62,770 nt of DNA, filler included, from Rhabdomonas costata (GCA_019059605.1; 36 parts of 36 records of this genome joined end to end with filler, not necessarily neighbours in it); one strand, 5' to 3'; shown: positions 23,862 through 36,580, counted from the first letter of the whole stretch. The notes: generated from the letters alone by a model not told the origin. Made by a program: numbers and translations.

Positions 23862-24688
23862 GTGGTCTGCGCTTTGCGTTAGCGATGTTGGTTTTTTTTC
23901 CGGAGACTGGCGTGTCATTGCGCCTGCAAGGGATAAGAAGCTGCACTTTTGGTTTTTCACTTTTAAAACTCTTGAATGCGGACCATTGATAACATTCACT
24001 TTATTGTCACCACATTTCCTGAGACTCCTTTCTGGGATCCCCACTGACCTTTTTGATTTTAAGAGTCGAAATAAAGAAAAAAAATACGAACTTTTGTGAT
24101 ACACTTTCCAAAACTGCCTCTGTGTGCCTGTTCTTCTCTGCGTTCCTCCTTGCAGTTAGTGGTTTTTGGGGAGGGAGATTGGGCGTAAACCGTAACTTCT
24201 CTTCTTCAATTTTGTCTTTCTCTTCTTCAAGTGTGTCCAAGCTCTCTCAGACGCCTCCTTCGGAGCAGAAGGTTGGTTGACTCAGTGGCATGGGTTTCAC
24301 CGACCCAAACCAGCTTTCAGAGGATGCAATGCAGAGAAGAACAGGCACACACAACNNNNNNNNNNNNNNNNNNNNNNNNNNNNNNNNNNNNNNNNNNNNT
24401 TAATTAATTAANNNNNNNNNNNNNNNNNNNNNNNNNNNNNNNNNNNNNNNNNNNNTTTTGGTTTTCGGATTTGAAAAAAAAAATCCAATTCAAATTCGAA
24501 AAGCAAAAGCAAATTGGAGAGAAAAGAGTGGTTTTATCCTGGAAAAATGAAACGAGTTTCGTTACTTTGGATGCTTTTAAAAAGTTCTATGGAGCCCGTG
24601 TCCATGTCCGCACAACAACGGAGCAAACTTTTGCGGCCGTAGTGTTGTGACACCTGTGTCCGCCAAAAAACTGCAAAGGGTAACATAC

Positions 24689-24930
24689 TTAACTCCCTGG
24701 CTCACGGCCTCCTGGGACTCCAGGTACACCCCCAGCTTCCTGGTGTGGGGCCCCAGGTGAAAATCCCCGGTCGCAGGTCGCAGGGTAGACAGCAGCCGGA
24801 ACGAGAGCCGCCCCAGGGGAAACACCGGGTCCCTCTTCACCCCATCGCCGCCTGCGCGGGGCGCCAGAAAGCACCGCAGGGGAAGCGGGCCCAGGTGACG
24901 GACAATCGTGAAGGACTCCAGGGGATCCTC
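24689..24930 (-). CDS. Internal exon of a hypothetical protein
   Basis: AG/GT-bounded GC-rich frame EDPLESFTIVRHLGPLPLRCFLAP...SQGVK. Confidence 0.5.
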
Positions 24931-26202
24931 CTGCCAAAAAAGGGCGAGGGGAGGGGAGGAGGTGCAATTGAAAAAAAATAGAAAGGAAAGTCTGAGTTGC
25001 CCCCAGCCCATCCATAGATGCCGTTCAGCGAATCTGCGTCAACCCTTGATGCCGAGAAGTACAACTCGCCATCCCAACCCCCCGGTTTGATGCACAGGCG
25101 TGAGTTAGTGGCGTTCTTTTCGCCCTCCCCCCTCCCGTTTCGCCGCAGCAAAACTACTCTGGGATAGGAACCTCTCCTATGAACTTAGTATGCGACATGC
25201 AAAGCCCTTTTCCAGATAACACCGGCCAGCTGAAAGACTGGAACTAAATTGTTCTGTCGCAGCACAACCATCCGTGGAACCACAGAGCACACACCACTTC
25301 TGCGAAATCCGTACCTCAAAACTCCAGTATGTCTTCGGAACCCTTCCCTCCCTGCGCTCCCGCCTTCCAACAAATGCTTTCCTCCCGTGTTTGCCAATTG
25401 CCAAAACCTCTTTGATTTGTTCTGTTTTTCTCTGATTTGCCTCGTGCTGCTGAATTTTTTGTTGTCCCTCCTGAATCCCTATCTTCGTCGCTTTTCTCGT
25501 ACTGTGTAATGCACAAACGGCATCATTATTGATGTTTCTCATTTATTTGATCTCTATTTGATTTGGTTTCTGTGCTGCTGCTGAAACCAAATCTGCTGCT
25601 GATCCTTCAGCACATATCCACCACACGCAAAGCAAAAATCCTCCTTTCCAGCCAACACCAAAAAGGAAGCAGCTGCCGCGCCACCGTCACACACCACCAG
25701 GGGAGGTAGCTCGGGCCCCATAGCTTCTTCAGTCTCTGTGTCCTCGTCGTCCGCGCCTTCCTCCTCCATCCCACAAAATGCAAACACGGTGCAGCTACGC
25801 AAAACAACAGGGGCTAAGCACTTCCCGCCCACTGCGAAAGGAGAGCACTAACAATACACCAATGCACCCTACCCCGGCGCGGTACATGGTGGTCTCTTGA
25901 AACTCTTCGAGTCCCAGTTGAGTTTATTAAGATAGGTGAAACAAAGGAATTTTTTTTGTAAATTCTCACAGTTTAGTTAGAAAGCGATGCAAAATTCTCT
26001 GCTGCATCACCAGGAAGCGTGGGGAACTTTCACTCATCCAAAATGAGCTCGCGGATTTGAAAAAAAATTCCTTTGTTTCACCTATCTTAATAAACACAAC
26101 CCNNNNNNNNNNNNNNNNNNNNNNNNNNNNNNNNNNNNNNNNNNNNTTAATTAATTAANNNNNNNNNNNNNNNNNNNNNNNNNNNNNNNNNNNNNNNNNN
26201 NN

Positions 26203-27849
26203 GCACCGTGAAGCGGAGGAGCATTGATGCCAAGGCCGAAGAGCCGCCCGTGCACGCAATGAGTGGTGCTGCCCCAGCTGCAGAACCCGCTGCAACACCG
26301 CCGCAAGGGCCTGTTTTGGAAGGCGGTGCTGCGGGTGGGAGTGCGGGGATGCCGGTGAAGGGTGCAGAGATCAGCGCTGAAGGACGGCGTGGATCTGGAG
26401 GGCTCGCTATGGGAGGCACTGGGGAGGGAAGGCCTCCGGCCACAGTTCCCGCAGAGGGTCCTGAGCCAGCGGTATACGCTGTTCTCGCAGCGGTTGAGAA
26501 GCCCGCGGAAGCTCCAGGTCCAAGCTCAGGACGGCGGCGTAGCTCGGTCGACAAGGCAGCGGATGGTGAGCAGAGGTCGATGAAGGCCGCAGCCGCCCAC
26601 CCCGAAGAGAGTTTGTTGCAAGGCCAGGCATTGGAGGGTGCCTCTCAGGAGGCTGCTGCAGGGAGCGGTGTGCCTTCGAATTCCGGGGATCGGCGTGGAT
26701 CTGGGACTATCGCACCCGCAGCAGGCACCGTGAAGCGGAGGAGCATTGATGCCAAGGCCGAAGAGCCGCCCGTGCACGCAATGAGTGGTGCTGCCCCAGC
26801 TGCAGAACCCGCTGCAACACCGCCGCAAGGGCCTGTTTTGGAAGGCGGTGCTGCGGGTGGGAGTGCGGGGATGCCGGTGAAGGGTGCAGAGATCAGCGCT
26901 GAAGGACGGCGTGGATCTGGAGGGCTCGCTGTGGGAGGCACTGGGGAGGGAAGGCCTCCGGCCACAGTTCCCGCAGAGGGTCCTGAGCCAGCGGTATACG
27001 CTGTTCTCGCAGCGGTTGAGAAGCCCGCGGAAGCTCCAGGTCCAAGCTCAGGACGGCGGCGTAGCTCGGTCGACAAGGCAGCGGATGGTGAGCAGAGGTC
27101 GATGAAGGCCGCAGCCGCCCACCCCGAAGAGAGTTTGTTGCAAGGCCAGGCATTGGATGGTGCCTCTCAGGAGGCTGCTGCAGGGAGCGGTGTGCCTTCG
27201 AATTCCGGGGATCGGCGTGGATCTGGGACTATCGCACCCGCAGCAAGCACCGTGAAGCGGAGGAGCATTGATGCCAAGGCCGAAGAGCCGCCCGTGCACG
27301 CAATGAGTGGTGCTGCCCCAGCTGCAGAACCCGCTGCAACACCGCCGCAAGGGCCTGTTTTGGAAGGCGGTGCTGCGGGTGGGAGTGCGGGGATGCCGGT
27401 GAAGGGTGCAGAGATCAGCGCTGAAGGACGGCGTGGATCTGGAGGGCTCGCTGTGGGAGGCACTGGGGAGGGAAGGCCTCCGGCCACAGTTCCCGCAGAG
27501 GGTCCTGAGCCAGCGGTATACGCTGTTCTCGCAGCGGTTGAGAAGCCCGCGGAAGCTCCAGGTCCAAGCTCAGGACGGCGGCGTAGCTCGGTCGACAAGG
27601 CAGCGGATGGTGAGCAGAGGTCGATGAAGGCCGCAGCCGCCCACCCCGAAGAGAGTTTGTTGCAAGGCCAGGCATTGGAGGGTGCCTCTCAGGAGGCTGC
27701 TGCAGGGAGCGGTGTGCCTTCGAATTCCGGGGATCGGCGTGGATCTGGGACTATCGCACCCGCAGCAGGCACCGTGAAGCGGAGGAGCATTGATGCCAAG
27801 GCCGAAGAGCCGCCCGTGCACGCAATGAGTGGTGCTGCCCCAGCTGCAG
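26203..27849 (+). CDS. Intronless coding tandem repeat, 522-bp / 174-aa unit, ~3.15 copies, Ala/Gly/Glu/Pro-rich (both ends truncated)
   Basis: Units start at 26203, 26725, 27247 and 27769. The frame is open throughout, with only a few substitutions between units (M/V, E/D, G/S). Confidence 0.88.
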
Positions 27850-27949
27850 NNNNNNNNNNNNNNNNNNNNNNNNNNNNNNNNNNNNNNNNNNNNTTAATTA
27901 ATTAANNNNNNNNNNNNNNNNNNNNNNNNNNNNNNNNNNNNNNNNNNNN

Positions 27950-28222
27950 TCGCAGCGCAGGCAAAGCTTGCGGGAGACCTTCTTTGAAGCGGCGAAGCCT
28001 GAGGTGCCAGTGTTCCAAGACGAGAATCGAGAGACGAATCCCTTGTTGTCAGTTGCTTTCGTTGAGAAGGCCAAGCTGGCTAGGAAATCAGTAGTGTCAG
28101 CCAGCAGCAGTACGAGCCAGAGGGAAGTGCGGTTCAGTGAGCCCGTGGAGTGCGAATGGAGTGCTGTTGGGGACATTGAGCCCGCGGATCTTTGGAAGTT
28201 GACGAAGACGCTTATCAGCCTG
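27950..28222 (+). CDS. Exon of a hypothetical protein (5' truncated)
   Basis: Open frame ...RETFFEAAKPEVPVF...LWKLTKTLISL ends at a GTGAG donor. Confidence 0.5.
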
Positions 28223-30292
28223 GTGAGACTGCTGGGGCCGATGGATTCCGGAGTGGGATGAGTGGGGTGGGGGTGTGCGCATGGTGTGCTTGTGTAGGGT
28301 AGCGAATTCCACCAGCTGGTCTCTAAATATCCCCTGCCCTCTCCTTATCATCTCGAGGGGCGCATGGCTGATCTCTTCTCCGCACCCTCGAAGAACGTTT
28401 CTCTAATGTGCATGTCGCCCTTGGTTAAAATTTAGAGCCTTGGAGAAGGAAATCGAAGCAGAGTACAGAAAATCCAGCAGCGTAAATGACGTACATGTGG
28501 GCAGGTGTGGGCAGGACGAGCAATGCGGGACGTTGAGGTTCTCACACAATGCCAGTTTACGTCAGCTCAGTCACAGCGGACTGGTTCTCCTCTCATTCCG
28601 TCTTTCGCGTTCCTCTCATTTCTTTGATCTGGTTGCTTATACTCTCCGAAATGGAGGGAATGACAGTTGTTTCCTTTTTCTTTTTCGTTGACTTTTGACT
28701 TTGTCCAAGGCATTGCACAAATGGAATGGAGCGCTTTGTACGGGAACGGCAGGAGGGGTGACTTGCAAGGGGCATGAGAGTCTCCGTTTTGGTCCTTTTT
28801 ATCCACTCCTAGGACGGGTTTGGCGTGGTTGACGGGGCAAAGGCTACACTCTCGAACATCATTCGTTTCGAGTTGCTATGATTTTTCGTAGCGCTGAAAC
28901 TCTCCATTTGAACCACCTGATAGAATTTGTTTGGTCTTTGTGGCCGTGAATAGCTCATGCATGGCGCGATATTTCCACGGAACGAAAAGCTGCGAAGAGC
29001 GTTCAGCGTCAAGCGGAACAGCCGCCCAAAGGAAAAAGAATGAGGCAAGCTGGAAAGGAATTTGTCCCGGCCGGCGCTGGCAGGTGTTACCGCCGGACTT
29101 GACGGCATCATTTTTGGCCACTTGACCCATTTGGCAAGGAAACGCCCACAAATTGCCCATCACAAATGTCGCCGAAGAAAGTTTTGCCAAGAAAATCAGG
29201 AAACGAGGCATGAAACAAAAGGGCTAAATTTCTAGAGGGCGGGTCAAAAGCAGCAAGCAGACATCCAGCGCAATGGGGGGGATTGAACGACGCACTGACC
29301 GCGCAAACTTGAACGAAAAAACCCGGACGACCGCGCCAAGAACGAGCAACCGCCGGGAAGAGCCACCAGAACTCGGACCACACCTCGGACAACACAAGGG
29401 CAAACCACGATCTTACCCAGGAGTTGCTGCGCAGAGTGGTTGCTGGGCCCCCGGCAGAAGGTCCGCATAGTGGAGGAAGGGCGCTCGCATCCACAGTCCC
29501 AGAAGTAGCCGGAGCGTCGCGAAAAGTTGCAAGAGAAAGATCCAAAGCTCCCAATTTACAACGGGAATCCAGGAAATTTCTTGCCCTGGTTAATTTNNNN
29601 NNNNNNNNNNNNNNNNNNNNNNNNNNNNNNNNNNNNNNNNTTAATTAATTAANNNNNNNNNNNNNNNNNNNNNNNNNNNNNNNNNNNNNNNNNNNNAGGT
29701 TTCCTTCAGGCTGCGAGTTAGTGAACTACGTTTGTGCTTTTTTATGAAGTGCCGAGGAAGTGTCATGTTAATGATGATCTATCCACTCGGTTTTCTGGGA
29801 AGCGGGTGGGAATCAGAGTAGACTTCGAGAAATGATCTTTTCTCTGCGGAAACATTTTTGGGAAAGCTGGCTTTGCACCAGGGGATCAAGGCAACTCCCG
29901 GTACTGTTGCTATGATACTTGGTGAGGGGGGCATGATTAGCTATAATAATCAAGATCAGCAGTGGCATCGGATTGCACTACTGCATATCTTCATGGTGTG
30001 GAATATGATTTTTAGAAGCTCGCGGAGTCTCGTAGGGCAATACCTGTGATCACGGATTGTTATTGAGGTCGAAGGTCTACTGGGTCTCCGCGGCCCATAT
30101 GATCCTAGGTGCTAGGCGGTCGGCCTCACAGTGGTTTTTGGGGCTAGACACATGTTCCATAGATGAGATTCTGAGATTCTTGTTGTTGCAGTGTGTTGGG
30201 TCGAACTCCCCTTCGATTCGATCGCAGTAAGGCGCGCCGTTCGCTCGGCTTAATGCGCTAACGTTAAGTCGTGCTGCCTTTGTGCTGTATCA

Positions 30293-30541
30293 TACCTCTT
30301 CCCGGTCCCTTCCTCGGCAGTGAGGATACCAAAACGTGGTTGGAGTTTGGAATATCGCGACCAAGGCACCTCCATCCGCAGCACACAAAAAAAGGACAGA
30401 AGCAGAGTGGGAAAGGAAACAAGTATTGGAAAAGAAACCTGGGACGGCTGGACAGTCGATGGCGTCAGTCAGGCTCAGCAGGCTGAACCCCACAAGGGCC
30501 ATCGAAACCAAGAACATGTTCACAGAAGTGCAGCGCATCAT
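30293..30541 (-). CDS. First exons of a secreted/surface protein
   Basis: MMRCTSVNMFLVSMALVGFSLLSLTDA-IDCPAVP looks like a signal peptide. A GT donor and an in-frame second exon (GALVAIFQ...DREE) follow. Confidence 0.5.
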
Positions 30542-31773
30542 TTGCAGCGAAAAAAAGCTGAGCACACATATGGGGGGAACGGGGTGGGCATGGCAGGGAA
30601 AAACGGAAACCACAGGAAACACAAAAGACGCCACATGCACACCATTGGACACATCAAAGATGCGAGAAAAAGTCCTATGGGTGCTCCGGAAAAGGGGGAG
30701 AATGCGCTCTGCGGCTTGCAACCCTCCTTCCCAGCTGACCTGCCTCCGTCCTCGGAAAATCATTTCGAAGAATCTTCAGTTGATTCCTGACCAGATGCAC
30801 AGCGCCGATTCGTGTGAGCGCTTGCACAACAGATGCCCGCTTCATAGCCCACCATGCCTTTTTACCGGCTGTCCCACAGATCCCAATATCCCTCGCCCAG
30901 CAAAGCAACTCCAACGTCCAGTCTTACCGGACAATCTATCACTTTCGAGCACCCGCCATTCGGACCGCCCAAGAATCCACATCACGCAGCATCCCCCTCT
31001 TCATCCAAAAAAGGGCGTCCAAGAAACAACGTCCGATGACATGAAATCGTTGCGGGGCAGCAACAACAAAAAACATCGTTCGCGTCCTTTCTCTCTCCGC
31101 TTCGGAATTCTTCATTCTCTCCCCAAAAGCATCGAAAGGTTGCTGCTTTGCCACAGCCGCTGAAAAGAAGGAAGTAGCATATACTCTGCGGAAAGGTAAC
31201 AGGGTGTCACGACGACGGTAGGCCGCCGTGAATCACAACAGACCCCACCGCAGAAAGTGGAATCCTTCCCCCATTGAGGCCAAGCTGGGTGAGTTGGGGA
31301 CTTCGGTGTGAATCCAAAAACAAGAAAAAAAAAAAAAACAAANNNNNNNNNNNNNNNNNNNNNNNNNNNNNNNNNNNNNNNNNNNNTTAATTAATTAANN
31401 NNNNNNNNNNNNNNNNNNNNNNNNNNNNNNNNNNNNNNNNNNTTTTGGGGGTCACAGTGGTTTGTGATTGTGTATATGTGTGGGATGTGTGGGTTGCATT
31501 TTCTGGGTTCCATAGCCTGTTGTGCTAGCGTGTCTTACCTGTGAAGGACTGAGAACAGAAACGGTTCCACATGTGCCCCCATATATGCATGTTCCCTTTT
31601 CATGACTGTTTTTGTTTTTGATGATGCAAACGTCAAACACTATCGCTAACCAAGAGTTAGTTGTCTTTATTTTTCGTGTCTTCGCTGGGTGCATTCTTGA
31701 AATGTAAGGGAGCCGCATTGCGGAAGTAATTCCTTGCGGAAGTTATTCCATCCCGTAAAACTTTCCCGAACAG

Positions 31774-31953
31774 CTGGTCGACCCCATCACGGGCAAGCGC
31801 ACCCTGACAAGCGTCTGGGAATACCTCCGCATCTCCTACGGGCTGCGGTATGGCGACACCTGGGTGTTTGCGGGGGCGCTGATCGCCTCATGCTTTGTCA
31901 TGCTGATCTGTACCCTCGTGGCCCTGAAGTTTGTCTGCCACCTCAAGCGCTAA
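31774..31953 (+). CDS. Last exon of a PDR-type ABCG transporter
   Basis: After CAG: LVDPITGKRTLTSVWEYLRISYGLRYGDTWVFAGALIASCFVMLICTLVALKFVCHLKR*. This fits the PDR/ABCG tail (V..YL...YG, final TM helix, ALKF..H.KR*). Absent from the ORF track. Confidence 0.8.
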   Translation: MVDPITGKRTLTSVWEYLRISYGLRYGDTWVFAGALIASCFVMLICTLVALKFVCHLKR

Positions 31954-34900
31954 CCTTATGCATGGCCCTTCCTTGGAGAGGACGAGAGTCTCCTCATGGC
32001 GGTGCCTGTTCTTGCCTTGTTGGTTTAGGATAGTGTGGATGCAAGCCTGGTGGTGTGGTGGAGCTCGGAAGCGTTTCCGTTTCTCCTCTCCCTCAGTGAC
32101 CCGCCTTTTTCGGAGTTTTTCTCCGTGCATTGCGCCCCCACTGTTGCGCACTTTTGCTTCTTGTCGATATGAGCAACTTGCATTTGTATTCCGCACTGCC
32201 CCCGCATTAGAACAGCTCCGTGGTTGGCGGTCTTTGTCCCTTCAAAGACCCCCTCCCCCTGCAATGGATGCAAATGACGTGCATAGCATTTGTTTGACTT
32301 CTGCTCCCAGTGCAAGAGTACGGGGAATGTGCTCTGTTTTTTTTCTATGAAAGCCTTATGAGAGGTTGTAAGTTCTGGGGTTAGTTTCTTCATTGCGCTG
32401 TTTATACGCTTCGCCTCTGTAGATAGTAAATTGGTGCGCTTTAACACACTCTGGCCTTTATTTTTCGGTGCAATGTGGACTGTTGGCCATGATGTTGTGC
32501 GCCCTTACCGCTTTCTTTCCGGAAACCTCCCGTCTTGCGAACTGACACGGACCTGAGCTGAACTTTGCGTTTCCGAGTGCAGTTGAGCTTTGCGGGCTGC
32601 AGCTATGCAGTGGGCATGCATTTCGTCAAGCCATGACCAGATTGTCCTTGCTTTTTTTTGTATTTGCTATATAGTAGTTGCTCTCAATATTCTAGTTAAA
32701 TACCCTTGTGATCACCAAGTTCATGGTTTTCTGTGTGGCTGGTATGACGTAAGATTCCCTATAAGGTGGTGAGAGTCATGGGACTTCTCTTTCCTTCCAA
32801 TAGTGTTTATCCACCAGGTGACAATAACCGATGGAGCGAGGGGAAACAAAGCGCAGGCTGGCTGATATTTCACACTTGAGTTGGAAAGATCAGCTTTCCG
32901 TCACTCATCGCCCAGTGGAGAAACGTGGCAGAAATGGTCCTCGTTTTTTTTAGGGGGGGGGGCACTTTACTCGAATTGATCCAGGGAGCACAAAAAGAAA
33001 GCGGTGCATGGTCGAAAAAGGACAAAATGCAAAAAAGAACAAAATGCAAAAAAGGACAAATTTCAAAAAAAGACAAAATTCGGAACAGNNNNNNNNNNNN
33101 NNNNNNNNNNNNNNNNNNNNNNNNNNNNNNNNTTAATTAATTAANNNNNNNNNNNNNNNNNNNNNNNNNNNNNNNNNNNNNNNNNNNNGGTTGGGTTTGT
33201 TGTCACCTTCGGTTCGTTGGATTTCTTGGTTTTGGTTGTGGGAGTATGTGGCTGCGAGTGTTTGGATGCGGGCGCCGAACAAGGGGCTGTCTCATCAAAC
33301 CTGATATTATAAACTAGTGTGTGTGTGGAAAGACAAATGCGAAAAGGCCAATGTAAATTTCCAGTTCTACCACCAGTTTGTGTGTTTGACATCGGTGCTT
33401 GGTAAACATATACAAGCTAAAGTGATGTTCAAGCACGCGCAAATACAACTGAGGTGGTTGTATTTTATTAAGCCACGAATACAGCCACACGTCAGAGGGG
33501 CAGTGCATGAAGTGCAGATGCACATGAATGTCAAAGATAGTGTATTTTTTATGGATTGTTATATACGCTACTTATATACCACGGTTTATAGAAGCACACT
33601 GCTTGTGACATTAGAAGATTAAATCAGTAAATGTCACCAACGGACCCGCTTGTGAATGATGAAACGTTTGGCGTTCGAGTGATGAATTGTAGGCAACTTA
33701 AAGTTTGGCAGCAACGGTCCCATAAATAGCAGTTATGATTACAGGCTACATAAAATGCAGGTAAGCACAGCTAAAAACCAATGCGCATGGCGTAGGCAAA
33801 TGTTCGGAATGGTTGAGTAGCAGGAATGGTTGATGAGACAGATGTTTTGAATGGCTGTGGTCTAAGTGGATATGTTTGGATTGCTAGATGATATATGCCC
33901 ACTAATACATTGAAACATGGAAAGCAGATAAATTGATTTTGAAATTAGACTACCATACTATGATACACAGATCACGTGGATACAACTCACGTAGCTTACA
34001 GGTTGTTTGTTATGCCGTTAAGCTTGTGCTACATTTAAAATGCATGTTGCCCAGTCTGTAGTTTAATTGCGTTATTCAATATAATAATGCAGCAGCCTGG
34101 ATAGCGATAGATGCAGATATTAAAATGGCCGCATCTAAAGAAGACGACTGATGTGAAAAGATTACTGTGACTGTGTTTTTACCATATGTTCGTAAAAAGA
34201 AACTAAGTCACATTGGCATCCACCATAAATGGCGTGATAAAAAAGAGGAAATTGGTTTGAACTGAAGCGCTGAAGACTGCGTTTCATAGAATAAACCCAA
34301 AATGAGAACAGAGCCAAATTGCTAAAGCATCCTGTTCTTGTGAATTCAAGAAGACGATGGTGCTTCACACCTATGCTTCGAACGTGTGTATTGTAGCTAC
34401 ACTTCCGTGTGAATGTGAGTAAGTGAAGTTACAACACTGTATGGAAAGCTTTTGGCAGAAACAACTATCAATTCAATGATAAGGATATGTTAGAGTTTTG
34501 TGAATAAATACTTTCAGAATAACCACACACCGTCACAAACATTATTGAGTAGATAGAAAGTTGCAGGTATATTACGATGAAGATTTATCATGTTAATTGA
34601 TTGAAATGTGGCAGATGACTCTTTGTTGCGTCTACAGCATCATTCATGGATGGTGAAGATGTGGCAATGTTTCCAATTGTGAATGATGAATGAATGACAC
34701 GATAGACAGATATACCAAAGTAGCTGAGAGATGAGAGCACATACAGTGTTCCACTCCGGAGACATCATTCACAATTGGAAACATTGCCACATCTTCACCA
34801 TCCATGAATGATGCTGTAGACGCAACAAAAAACCNNNNNNNNNNNNNNNNNNNNNNNNNNNNNNNNNNNNNNNNNNNNTTAATTAATTAANNNNNNNNNN

Positions 34901-35203
34901 NNNNNNNNNNNNNNNNNNNNNNNNNNNNNNNNNNTGTGGGTGTGTTTGGTGGTTGTGGGATAAAGGTGGCCACAGTGGTGACGTTCGAGCAGAGAAGCCC
35001 ACAGAGAACCCTGTGCCCATAATGGGATCCCGCAGCTCTTGACATGCCCAACGAAATACGGCTGAAAGACTGGAGGAATGCGCAAAGGAAAATTGGGGTG
35101 TCAGCAAGAAGAGTCGTCATCGCTGACCATCCGTGAGCTGTTTGTGTACCACTTGAAAAAAGAAGCGCGGGCTGGCATTGAAAATGGGTGGGGGGCGGGC
35201 CAG

Positions 35204-36580
35204 GACCTCACCAGAATCAACTTCGAGCTGATTGAGCAGCTTCTGGTCTTCCTGTGCCAGCCCGGGGACGGTACGAACAGCGCCGGGGTCTCCGCGCTCG
35301 CGCGGGGTGGGGCGGCGCTGATCTTCCTGCCTGGGCTGGCGGAGATCCAGTTGCTCCACGACCAGCTGATGGTGCGGACTTTCCTGCCCCTGCGTGCGAG
35401 CGTGGGCGCGCGTGCCCTGCATTGTGTGTGTATGTGTGTGTGCGTGGACGGTCATATCACAACGAAAAGCAACAGAGAAGGGCGTATGGAATTCATCGTA
35501 ACCATTTGCATACAGTGTGCGTGAAAGAAGACTGTTTTGTTATCACGGGTGTGTTGTGTCAGGAGCAATCCCTTCCCACGTTCTTATTTTGGTCGCTGTG
35601 AGGTTGCTGTCGTGGTCCTTTGGCCATTAAACCATCGATCGTATGTCTGCGATGGAAAAAGAACGCTGGACCTGAAGGAAGTCACTTGTTTCCCGTCTGT
35701 GTTTGCAGGGATCAAGTTTTGGTTTCAGCAATCCTGCGAGGTTCCAGATCATCACGTTGCACTCCCTGCTCTCCCCTTCGGAGCAGTGCCAAGTGTTTCG
35801 GCAGCCCCCTCGAGGGTGTTGGCTTGAAACCTTTCCTTGTGCCTTCTATGGAGAGCTGGAATGGGTTTTGTAGCGGGTTTTTATGTCGATACACCACGCA
35901 CTCTGTTTTGCGCTCGGAGCAGTAGATGTTATGGGAGTCTCACGGAGGAATCGCCCCCCCCCACTCACACACAAATTCCAACCAGAGATTCCCTGCCCTT
36001 GCTCTGCTTTCTGGATCGGTTCTATGAAAGCTATGTTTTGCTTTTTAATTCGGCACCACACCTGAATTCCGCATGCGTTTCTCCCTCTCCCTCGAATTCT
36101 CGTGCCCTCGCTTGCTCCGTTTTCTCCACAGGGTTGTGAAGATTGTGATCGCCACCAACATCGCGGAAACCAGCATTACCATCCCTGACGTCAGGCATTG
36201 TCCCCTCCTTCCCACTGCATGCCACTGAGCAGTACGACAGCGCAAGCAGGCCTGCTGAAAATTGCGGCACTCATAAAGATGTGCTTCAGTAGAAAGACAT
36301 TCTCGAACACATTCTTGGCTAGCGACAGTTTGTCTCATTTCTGATGTTGCTTATATATGTTGTCCTTTTCTTTCGTACAATCTGTGAACATTGCTCTGAA
36401 TGAATCGGAAGTCATAATAATGAAAGCAATTTCAAGGAATTCCATCGCACGGGTTCTGAGTTTTCTCCAGCGGTTGGTCTCTCTTTTTACGCTCATAATG
36501 CGGTTTCCTGGGTTGCTCCATTCTCTCAGTGTTGTGATTGACACGGGTCGGATGAAAGAGGTGCGGCACGACCCACACCC
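35204..36580 (+). CDS. DEAH-box RNA helicase, DHX29/DHX36/DHX57-like (RecA2 region, partial)
   Basis: Exons 35204-35371 (ALIFLPGLAEI, motif IV), 35709-35815 (TLHSLLSPSEQCQVF), 36132-36194 (KIVIATNIAETSITIPDV, motif V) and 36530-36580 (VVIDTGRMKE). Confidence 0.93.

Noticed and set aside
23895-23955. WD40-like peptide DWRVIAPARDKKLHFW
   Set aside because: Its phase does not fit the upstream exon, and it is a single short match.
29860-30110. In-frame stops in protein-like frames, suggesting stop-codon reassignment
   Set aside because: All confidently identified genes (eIF3L, E2, DEAH, AMPD-like, MCM7, ABCG) translate with the standard code. The stops are explained by introns.
34682-34727. Box C (ATGATGA) and box D (CTGA) pair as a snoRNA
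   Set aside because: Too short, no terminal stem or recognisable guide, and it overlaps the fold-back artefact.
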